Assembly (NCBI GenBank): GCA_964019335.1 | Contig: OZ025651.1 | Coordinates: 620,001-684,000 of the forward strand | Direction of reading: 5' to 3' | Length of the DNA stretch: 64,000 nt | Source: Diplonema japonicum | Lineage: Eukaryota; Protista; Euglenozoa: Diplonemea | Part shown: piece after piece, positions 21,876 through 30,793 of the stretch | How the letters are laid out: each line of letters starts with the position of its first letter | Position numbering within the stretch: the stretch's first letter is position 1 | The notes under the pieces: generated by a model | The model's database searches: none | Seen by the model: the letters and a program-made list of their open reading frames with translations, nothing else | What the model was told of the DNA's origin: nothing | Program-made: the position numbers and the translations under genes

Positions 21876-22175
21876 GAGGCCGGTGTTGGCGGCGCCTGCA
21901 CAAGAACTGTCTACTTGGTTACAGGGGGCGCACCGTGGCCGAGTTGTGGCTTCTTCTGCGTTCCGCGTCGTGTCCTTAATGCGTGCGGTGTACAGCTCAA
22001 TCCCAGCCGGGGCGACCCAGGTAACCAAGATTCGGCGCTCGTGCAGTTAGCCTGTTCATCACCCTGAGCATTTGTGTTCTTCCACTCAGGCACTACCGGT
22101 GATGACCGACGAGGAGGTCAACAGCGAACAACACATCTGATGTACTTCTTATATTTCCATGTTATCCCCACCACC
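21876..22175 (-). mobile_element. ~300-nt interspersed repeat headed by an HDV-like ribozyme fold (full, CpG-intact copy)
   Basis: Homologous to 24391-24510 and 28136-28537 (both on +). The 5' end GGTGGTG pairs with CATCACC following the ACC-TCCTCGTC-GGT P3/L3 motif. Confidence 0.75.
22037..22175 (-). ncRNA. Predicted HDV-like self-cleaving ribozyme
   Basis: P1 22175-22169 / 22104-22098 (7 bp, one GU); P3 ACC/GGT; L3 TCCTCGTC; GG for P1.1; CCTGAG/CTCAGG P4; candidate catalytic C in GGCTAA at 22050. P2 is imperfect. Confidence 0.6.
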
Positions 22176-22230
22176 TTTTTTACAAAGAAAGAAAAGAGAG
22201 AAAATAGATGTGTAAACATCTCTCGCCTAG

Positions 22231-23256
22231 CTAAATACTTTTCTTTTGTTTTTTTTTCCTTTTACTTTTCGAGGATTTCGTCTTCTGCTCCTTTGGAAGT
22301 GTTGAAGCTGAAGAGGATCGCCCACTACCTGGGCGGCGTTGGGGAGCTTCCTGCTGCACGGCCAAGGGCAAAGGTGCGTCACAAGAAGCGGGAGTTGCTG
22401 GCGAGTTTACTAACTTCTGGTTTATTTCCTTCAACGCCTTGTTTTCCTCTTCCAAAGCTGAGATATGAGTTATTTTGGCACGCAGAAGGTCTTGTATAAA
22501 TTCAAGTCTGTCTTCTAGGACATTTTTTTGGTCGAGCTGTTCGGAGATAGTTTGTTGGTACTGACTGGCAGATTCTTGCAAAGCTTGTAACTCCTTCGCT
22601 TGGTGCATGCTAACTTCCGACCTCTGCTGCTGCTGCTGCTGCTCATCAGGCTCAAGTACCTTTGGGGTTTGTTTATCCACAATCTGTGCATCTATGTACT
22701 CCCTTGCGACATCCAGTGACAGCTGTGCTTCACTGAGTTTTTCTGTTTTAAGAGCAAGCCACCCACGTAACTGCTCCACCCGTTCTTCCAAGTCTTCTGC
22801 ACGCTTACATTTGCAATAGAGGTCGTTTTGCAAATCACGTACTTCTGTCTTCAACCCCTCGATGACTTCGCTATAAGCAGGTGCACCTGCCTGCGCACAT
22901 TCGGTTGCAACCCCTTCTACTTCTCTTTCAGCGAACAACCAAAAGTCTGACCGTTCCTTCTCCTTTAAAGAGGTCTTGATGAATTCGTCGTATTCTCTTG
23001 AAATGGCAGTCCCAAGGCTCCCATAGATGTGCGGGTTCTTTGCGAAGACTGATAGACATTCTTGGTACACATCATGCACACTGATCCCTCTGCATGTTTC
23101 TTGCAGTTTCAAGATAATAGGCTCATTCAATTGTGCCTTGCCGCATGGAGGTCTGGGTTTGAGCGCCCTGCAGTACGCCTCAGTGTTGCTACAATCACCT
23201 TTAACAGCATGTATCAGATTTGCACTTCGAAGCTTCAGTGTTGAAGGTCTATGCAT
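22231..23256 (-). CDS. Coiled-coil protein with TSNAXIP1 N-terminal-like domain
   Basis: VYQECLSVFAKNPHIYGSLGTAISREYDEFI resembles the translin-associated factor X-interacting N-terminal motif; followed by long coiled coil. Confidence 0.6.
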   Translation of the reverse strand: MHRPSTLKLRSANLIHAVKGDCSNTEAYCRALKPRPPCGKAQLNEPIILKLQETCRGISVHDVYQECLSVFAKNPHIYGSLGTAISREYDEFIKTSLKEKERSDFWLFAEREVEGVATECAQAGAPAYSEVIEGLKTEVRDLQNDLYCKCKRAEDLEERVEQLRGWLALKTEKLSEAQLSLDVAREYIDAQIVDKQTPKVLEPDEQQQQQQRSEVSMHQAKELQALQESASQYQQTISEQLDQKNVLEDRLEFIQDLLRAKITHISALEEENKALKEINQKLVNSPATPASCDAPLPLAVQQEAPQRRPGSGRSSSASTLPKEQKTKSSKSKRKKKQKKSI

Positions 23257-23568
23257 GATCCTGGCATCGTGTCTGAGGTGTCATGAAACAAAATTTGCAA
23301 ATCAGCAAGGATACTAAACGAAAAGAGAGAAGAATTGCGACTGGAAGAAGTGGAGGTAACGGCCCAACAAAAAAAAATTCAATAAAACTTCAGTGTGTGC
23401 ATGGGAGTTCTGACCGTAAATAAGAAGAAATGATGCTGATATACCACAGTACTGCCCCAATTTGCTTTTGCATACATAATGTGTATTTCTGCACGCTTCC
23501 ATCATCTGGATGGTCATGTTCCTAATGTGGCCATCAGTAGGTAAAATGACACAAATTGCCTACTGGGG

Positions 23569-23700
23569 CAGTGTTGGGTCGTTCCCTCAAGGGAATTTGA
23601 GCGAATCCAGGGGAACGGAGGGAAGGGAACGATTCCCTTGAGGGAATTCAGGGGAATGGGGGAACGAAAGGGAACAGGGGAACGGAGGGAACAGCCTTGG
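23569..23700 (+). mobile_element. hAT-like transposon terminus (CAGTGTTGGG) with GGGAAC subterminal repeats
   Basis: CAGTG start typical of hAT TIRs, followed by ~8 GGGAA(C) motifs and a TTCCCTCAAGGGAA/TTCCCTTGAGGGAA palindromic pair. Matching right end not found. Confidence 0.5.
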
Positions 23701-24029
23701 GGTGAAAAAAAGTTGTCTCGATTTTAGTGGTGCCATCAGTAGTGCCAGCAGTATGTGACACAGAGGCCACCCTTGTGAAACTTCGCCCCGAAGCCTCCCA
23801 AGTCCCCTGTGGTCCCGTAGAAAGTTAAAGTGGAGAGGTAAAGAAAGCTTGGAAATTGAAATAGGGAGAGGGGCCACAGAAGCAATTAAACACCAACTAG
23901 AGAGTTGTGGGAGGCTTGCTTCACTGGCACGATGCCGCGGGGAGGGACCTGGTGAAGCCACCTCCTTGTTCGATGTAATGGGATAAGGGACTCTCCGTTG
24001 AGGGCGCAGTGATGGGTGAATCCTAATTA

Positions 24030-24222
24030 GGACTAGACCAGACTGGACCGGACCAGACCGGATCCGGCGTGAATTTCGACCCAATTATGCCGGACTGACC
24101 GGACTGACCAGACTGACCAGACTGGACCGGACCGGACCGGACCAGACCGGACCGGACCAGACTGGACCGGACCGGACTGGACCGGACCGGACCGGACTGG
24201 ACTGGACTGAACCGGACCGGAC
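24030..24222. repeat. Pentamer array (GGACC/GGACT/AGACC)n; second copy 24512-24650, third 29581-29650
   Basis: Directly visible tandem pentamers whose variants are CpG transition products of GACCG. Confidence 0.9.
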
Positions 24223-24390
24223 AAGATACAACCACAACACCACATCCCCCCCTTTTTTTTTTGCTGCAGAGTTCAAACGTATAAACAGATGTCTACAAGA
24301 AAAGATGTTACACAGGTACTGAGAGACGACAACAACAACAACAATGAGAAACGAAGAAAAAAAAAAAAAAAACTTTTATCTTCTTTTTCA

Positions 24391-24510
24391 GGTGGTGGGG
24401 ATAACATGAAAATATAAGAAAAACATCAGATGTGTTCGCTGTTGACCTCCTCATCGGTCATCACCAAGCAAACCGCATGAGTGCAGAATCTTGGTTTCCT
24501 GGGGTGCCCC
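24391..24510 (+). mobile_element. Internally deleted copy of the ribozyme-headed repeat
   Basis: Starts GGTGGTGGGGATAACATG...GACCTCCTCATCGGTCATCACC, lacks P4, resumes at GAATCTTGGTTTCCTGGG. Confidence 0.8.
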
Positions 24511-24713
24511 AGGACCAGACTGGACCAGACTGGACCGGATCCAGCGTGAATTTCGACCCAATTATGCCGGACTGACCGGACTGACCAGACTGACCAGACT
24601 GGACCGGACCGGACCGGACCGGACCAGACCGGACTGAACCAGACTGGACAAGATACAACCACAACACCACATCCCCCCTTTTTTTTTGCTGTGGAGTTCA
24701 AACGTATAAACAG

Positions 24714-26998
24714 ATGTCTACAAGAAAAGATGTTACACAGGTACTGAGAGACGACAACAACAACAACAACAACGAGAAGAAGAAAAGAAAAAGGAGCAAC
24801 AGTACTGGTTCCTGTTCATCTTCATCTTCCTCCTCAAAGCCATGTGCCGCTACTAACATTGAAGAACTACTCAGCCAAAAACCCGAATGTGGCCCTACTT
24901 TAACCTGCACCCAGAAGAAAACTGGGCTTTCTCAGTCTGCGATGTTGCAGTTCATCAGTGGCAAAGGTAGGAGAAAGAAAAAAAAAGAAAAAAAAAAGGC
25001 ATTGGCAGTACATTTAAAGCATTCTTTTGGGAAACCGGTGGTAAAAACACGATACCGACTGCAACTGACGAGGCAGTGGCTTGGGATGGTACGATTGTTG
25101 GTGTCATTCCTGGGGTTGCAGCTGCTTGTGTATATGAGCAGGAGCCTGGAATCATTTTCCACTTCCCTCCCAAAACTGTGGACGAACGAGTGTACCGCCT
25201 TGTAGAAGTTACCTCAACCAACCCCAATCACCTTTCTGAGACGGAAGCAAAGCTGAGGCTTGCACAGCTTAAGGTGAAGGAGCTACAGGAAAAGCTGAAA
25301 CACTTTCAGAGTTCCACGTCCGGAGACCTGCTTCACCCCCCACAGACCCTCCCTACACCTGACCAGCCTGCTGGTGCCAAAGAAGAAAGAGGGGCAGTTT
25401 CAATTTGGGAATTAAAAGACTGGAACTACGTCTATGCCTACCCTCGAGCGGTATCACACACACAAGAAAAAAAAAAAAAAAAAAATAGGATAAAAAGGAC
25501 TATGCACCAAACCAAAAATTTTTTTATTCTGCAATTGTGAGTGACAAAAAACGCAAGTGCGAAAACCCAAGTTGTACCGTGCACATTGTTAACACAATGG
25601 GCAATTTGCAAGATCACTGGATGCGATTCCATAGCCCTGCCGGAAGAAAAAAGAGGGAAGAGAAAGCAAAGGCGAGTGCAGAAGCGCGGGAAAAGAAGAT
25701 GCAGGCTAAGAAAAAGAAAATGGACGAACCCAAGGTGTCACAGCCACAGTCGCAATCGCAGTCACAGTCACAGTCACAGTCACAGTCACAGTCGCAGTCA
25801 CAGTCACAATCACAGTCACAGGTTCAGAGTTCACCATCTTCAGCTAAAGCCAAGGTAAAAGAAGAAGACGAAGTGGGGGGGAAAAAAAAAAGAAAAACAA
25901 ACACTAGGTAAGCAATGTTATCAATGAAATGAGAGAACTTCCTGTTCTTGACAGGGTTTGCTTTTTGATCGGTCTGCATTGCCTACCTCTCATCCTGTGT
26001 GAAAGGAATTTTTTTCGTAGCCTGTTTACCCCTGGTAGCCTTGTGGGGATAGACAGGAAGAAAGTGCGGAGCCGCATTCTGGAATTGGGAGAGAGTGTCT
26101 TCCATTCCATTTTGGAAGGCTTGTTGGCCGAGAATGTGTTCTTGATGGTTGATGGTGCTACCTTCAACCGTCGAACCGTTCTTGGCTTCAGCCTTTCGGA
26201 CGGTGAGCGCAGCTATTTTTGCAAGGTCTGTTTTTTCAAAAACCTGATACAGAGCGTCCAAACTAGTTTTCTTTTCCAACTGAGGGCAGTTTTCTAGGAG
26301 TGGGAAATCATCTGAAGGACAAACACAACACAGATAATTGATCTCTCGAAGGTGAGAGCGACTGCTGCAGAGATCACAAAGCACATCACGGAGACGATCA
26401 ATGAGCTTCGAACGGTTTGGGGGAGAAAGGGAAAGAAGGGGATAAAAAGAGAAGAAGCGGGAAAAAAAAGAAAAAAAAGAGGGGAATCCTTGTTTTTTCT
26501 GTCTGTGCAGACAACGCCAGCGCCATGCAGTGTGTGCTTGAGAAGATCGCCGAGCAGTTTTGCTTGACCCAGATGCAAGACACTGTGGACACTGACACTG
26601 CAGCCACCGACACTGACACCGACACTGATTCAGGTATTCTTTGTGTTTTTTGTGGCCAGGAACAGACTCTCCATGTAGAGTTTGTTTTCATGTTATATTG
26701 ATCTTTTTTTTTTTTAAAAGACACCGAATCTACAACCGGGTCGATCTATTCATTTTCCAAGACTGAAAGCACTGTATTAGATTCTGCACTTGACAGTGCT
26801 GCCGAAGAGCTGCAGTTGAGTGGAGTGTTGGCCTACCGTTGTGTGGCCCACTCACTGCAGCTCTCACTGGGGGACGTTTTCAAAGTTCCTCGCTTTGAAA
26901 AGGTGCTATGCAAGGTGAAGGTATAAAACGAAAAAAGGGGGAAAAGAAATAATATTGTTAAACTTGTCGTTTTGGTTTTTCGCAAAAAGAAAAAGAAG

Positions 26999-27032
<34 letters not shown>

Positions 27033-27955
27033 TGGTGAGGAAATGGACAACACGAAGTGGTACCCTTGGACTGAGAAACGTCCAGGAGGTTAATGGTGTT
27101 AGATCAAACGAAATCCGCTTCATCAAGGCTTATGCAGAGACGAGATGGAATTCAATTGTTGAAACTATGATTTCCATTTCGTCCCTGTACCAATTCCTTG
27201 GTGAAGATGACGTGGGTTTCCTGGCTGAATTGAACTTCACGATCCATGTCTGTGCCCCTTTTGCAGACACCACAGATGTGGTGCAGGCTGATTCCGCTGG
27301 CATGGCCTTGGTGGCCAGTGAGGTTCACCGGGTGCTGCACAGGCTGCAAGAGATGAAGTGTGCAGAATGGCTCAAGGAGTCTGATGTTTCCACATTAGAC
27401 AAGCTCATTCTTTTGTTTGAAAAGAGAGTACGAACAAATATGTCGTTCATGGGAATACGATTGTTCACGTTCTTAAACCCCCAAAACATGACCAATGAAC
27501 TCACAGACAGGAATGAGCTGTTTGAGTGCTTGGTCAGACACCTGAAACCGTTTGCAAATGCACGGAACTTGGAGTCGTCAGAAGAACAGCTCCGTGTTCA
27601 AATTAATAAATATTGTGCAATGGGTAGGAGTGAGAATTTTAATTATTTTAGTTTTTGGAACACTAAACTGTGCAAGATGGGCACCCTGGCAACTTTTGCC
27701 TTGGCCCTCGGCACCAGTTTAGCTTCTGAAGCCCCAACAGAGTGCCATTTCAAAGTGGTTGCTAAAACTCTGCACAAATCAAGATGTAGACTTGATACAA
27801 AGGTTGTTAATGCTTGCCTGCAAATTGTGGTGAATTACCGCTTTGTGAAGCCCCTGTTTTTTGAAGGGGAGCAAAAAGAGAAGCATAGCCATGCAAAACA
27901 GGCAGAGCATCATAGAGTTGAGGAAAGTGAGAGAGATCTGTTTACACAGACTTAG
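24714..27955 (+). CDS. hAT-family transposase with BED-like zinc finger, multi-exon (about 7-8 introns)
   Basis: Spliced frame stays open: CENPSC..HWMRFH (BED-like), FLMVDGAT (D1), VCADNASAM (D2), YRCVAHSLQL (CxxH), ETRWNS, LASEAPTECHF (hATC dimerisation, catalytic E). Confidence 0.88.
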
Positions 27956-28135
27956 CTTCCTTTACACTACTTTTCCCATCACTCACATTTCCCCTCCCCC
28001 TTTTTTTATTTCCTCGTTCCCTTGTATATCTTTAATTCTCGTTTACTAACTAAAAGAAGTTTCACAGGAGCTAGGAAGAAAAACAGGGAAGTACAAAAAT
28101 GTGTCAAGGTACATGTTGTGGGCACTTGGGACACT

Positions 28136-28537
28136 CTGGCTGGGGTTGAGCTGTACACCACACACATTAAAGACATGACACGGAACGCAGAAGAAGCTAC
28201 AACCTGGCTGTGGTGTGCCCCCTGTAAGTAGACAGTTCTTGTGCAGGGTGCCACCAACACTGGCCTCCTTTAACTCTTATCGTTCAGGTGGTGGGGATAA
28301 CATGGAAATATAAGAAGTACATCAGATGTGTTGTTCGCTGTTGACCTCCTCATCGACAAACAGGCATTTCCTCCATCCACTTGGCTGGTCATCACCTGTA
28401 GCACCCTGAGTGGAAGAACAAATTGCAGATGCTCAGGGTGAGTAAACTACTTAGGGCACCAGCTGGGGTTGAGCTGCACACTGCATGCATTAAGGACACG
28501 ATGCAGAATGCAGAAGCGGCCAAGGTGCACCCCCTGT
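28136..28537 (+). mobile_element. Head-to-tail partial dimer of the ribozyme-headed repeat (3' half 28136-28267, then 5' part from 28287)
   Basis: Aligns to the reverse complement of 21876-22175 with mostly CpG transitions; ~19-nt spacer between unit end and next unit start; ~30-nt insertion in L3. Confidence 0.8.
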
Positions 28538-28552
28538 CACTGAAAAAAAAGC

Positions 28553-28583
<31 letters not shown>

Positions 28584-29557
28584 TGTCCAAAAATATTTGA
28601 AAAAAAAGTGTTTGCAGGTGTGTCAAAAATTGCAGAAAATTTTCGAGTCTGGTCAGTCTGGTCAGTCTGGCTGATCTGGTCAGTCTGGCCAATCTGGTCA
28701 GTCCGGTCAGTCTGGTAAAATAATATAAAAAAAAATTTTCCCAGCAGAGCCTTACCAAGGCTGATTTTGCCATTTTTAGGATTTTTCCAAAGGGAAATTT
28801 GACCTTGGGGATGGGGGTTGAAAAAAAAATTCCTTTTCAGGGGTCAGCAGAAAAGCTGAGAGACTACTGAGGCCCGTTTCCACAAAAAAGGTAAGAAGAA
28901 GAAAAAAGGGAAAAGATAGGGGGGGGGGAAACAATAGATGGACTACCAGCTGAGGTACTACAACATCCACCTCACGAAGCTGACGAGGAGTAGAGTAGAG
29001 AAGAGATAGAGAAGAGAGAGGGTTTTCATTTGAGTGTCTTTTTTTTCTTCATTATTCAATAAAGAATTCTTCTTTTTCTTACTAGAGTAGAAACGCCAAC
29101 CAACAAAAGATTGGGGGGGAAAGGAGGGGAGAAGAAATGGTTGATTTGGCTTATTGCTTGTCCTCAGAACTTGTGTACTATATGATGATACTTGTCCTGA
29201 ACCTGTTTTTAGAATGTTTTCTTTCCCTCTATTTTCTGTTCCCTTTTCAGTTTTTTTTCCTCTATCATCCTTTTTTTTAGGGGAAAAGGATTTGTTTTTT
29301 TTTTTAACAACTAGGTAGGTGCCTAGAATAGGGTTGTATGGTGTAAATATCCAACTCCTTTTTGATGTTAAATTTAAACTGAAGTGAACCAAAAACGCAC
29401 TATTTTGTGAAACTTTTTGGAATTTTCCACTTAGCAAACTCCCCCCCCCTTCTTTCACAGGCATGCAAGTAACGATACATTTACACAGCACCACAGCACT
29501 TAAGTGGCTGGTTACATTTGTTCTTTATTCAGTTATGTTTCTTTCCCACCCTCAAAA

Positions 29558-29680
29558 CAGTGATGGGTGAATCCTAATTAGGACTAGACTGGACTGGACC
29601 AGACCAGACTGGATCTGGCATGAATTTCGACCCAATTATGCCAGACTGACCACAGAGTTCAAACGTATAAACAGATGTTC
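29558..29680 (+). mobile_element. Truncated second left end of the hAT element
   Basis: CAGTGATGGGTGAATCCTAATTAGGACTAGAC identical to 24007, followed by a CpG-decayed subterminal repeat and GAGTTCAAACGTATAAACAGATGT. Confidence 0.85.
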
Positions 29681-29780
29681 CACCAGTTCTGCCATGTTCC
29701 ACCAGTTCCACCAGTTCCACCAGTTCTACCAGTTCCACCAAGTTCCACCAAGTTCTGGTTCCTGTTCCACCAAGTTCTGA
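29676..29780. repeat. (GTTCCACCA)n tandem repeat, probable transposon subterminal array
   Basis: About 10 imperfect 9-10-nt units visible. Confidence 0.7.
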
Positions 29781-29870
29781 CTTTTAAGTTTGGTGGAAGG
29801 GAATGGAACAACCCACCCCTGATGGAGCTGTGCATGTCTGTGGTATGAAAAAAAAAAAAAAAAAAAAAAA

Positions 29871-30352
29871 AAAAGACATTTAAGGGTACCTATGGTGTGT
29901 GGCAGGATGCCTGACAAGGGAAAAAAAAAGTTGGGGCCAGACCCATGAGACTGGTCAGACTGGTGGCAACTGACTTCTCAATAATAATAGAAAAAAGTGT
30001 CTCGAGTTCCTCTCCTTGGAAGGAGGGGTGGTCGAGAAGGTACAAGAAATTCTGTATATGGTTTATTGATCATGGATCAGATTGGGTACCAATAAAGTAC
30101 AGAAACTGTAGCTTTAGAATCGTTGGTTAACCTCCCGGACCTCTTTCTCCAAACCCAGATAAGGCTTAGAGAGGAGGGTAAAAATCCGTTTGAAGAAGAT
30201 GCTGTTGGCTCTGGTCCTTGCTTCTATTTTTCTTTCTCGAAAAAGAAAAAGAAATCCAGATGCGAACCCGCGCAAAACGGGAGAGCAGAGGACGGATACA
30301 CGGTCAAACCCATCAGACTGGTCAGACTGGTAGACCCCTCAGACCAGCATTG
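29871..30352. mobile_element. DNA-transposon right end carrying the SL RNA cassette; empty-site homologue at 31770-31860
   Basis: GACATTTAAGGGTACC...GGCAGGATGCCTGAC...GTTGGGG is shared with 31773-31835. Ends GACCAGCATTG, the inverse (2 mismatches) of CAGTGTTGGTC at 30794. Confidence 0.6.
29997..30128 (-). ncRNA. Spliced leader (SL) RNA gene, solitary copy
   Basis: 39-nt exon 30128-30090 with the conserved euglenozoan 3' part CAGTTTCTGTACTTTATTG, GT donor, TGATC/GATCA stem, Sm-like AATTTCTTG, CTCGA..CTCCTT/AAGGAG..TCGAG hairpin and T6 run at 29996-29991. Confidence 0.9.
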
Positions 30353-30793
30353 TTACAGCCCCCCCCCAAAAATCTTGGGGGGCTGGGGCCAGATCAGGGG
30401 GGCCAGGGGGGCCAGAAAAAATTTTTTATAGTGCCCAAAAAAAAAACTTCCCCCAAAAAAAGTGGTCAAAACCACTCAAAAATTGATTTTTTTTTCAAAA
30501 AAATTTTTTCTTTCTCAAAAGTACCTATTCTAGGCCTTAATAGAGGCTTATAGTAAAAGTGGGATGGTGGTCAAAAATTAGTGCCCAAAAAATTTTTTTT
30601 GCTCACAAAAAAAGTGGTCAAAAACACCTGAAAAGTTATTTTTCACCTCAGAAAAATTGATTTTTTTCCATAAGAGTACCTATACCAGGCCTAGTTATGG
30701 TCCATCTGTCATTTTTCTCTTCTTTTATAACTTGATTGATTTTTTACTATAGGAAACACAGGAAATGTGGGATGAAAACAGGATGGTCCAGGG

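Larger units (their letters stand above)
24007..28715 (+). mobile_element. hAT DNA transposon (left TIR CAGTGATGGG, GGACC/GACCAGACT subterminal repeats, transposase, inverted subterminal repeats at 28647-28715)
   Basis: Left end repeated at 29558. Pentamer/9-mer subterminal arrays at 24030-24222 and 24512-24650 occur inverted at 28647-28715. Right TIR not identified, so the right boundary is approximate. Confidence 0.75.

Noticed and set aside
21876-22181. 7SL/Alu-like RNA on the plus strand (GGCCGG start, ~300 nt, T-run)
   Set aside because: No SRP helix-8 motif, the T-run is absent from other copies, and the minus-strand HDV-like fold explains the boundary better.
24030-24650. Regular repeats as a possible CRISPR array or coding SGPVR repeat
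   Set aside because: Tandem pentamers without unique spacers, no cas genes, eukaryotic context; they are transposon subterminal repeats.
27971-28542. CCCATCACTC (27975) and CTGTCACTG (28534) as the right TIR of the hAT element
   Set aside because: Imperfect matches lying upstream of the inverted subterminal repeats (28647-28715); no 8-bp TSD match seen.
30290-30352. 5S rRNA gene linked to the SL gene
   Set aside because: Only CCCATCAGA resembles 5S; no box A/C or 120-nt structure, and the sequence is transposon subterminal repeat.
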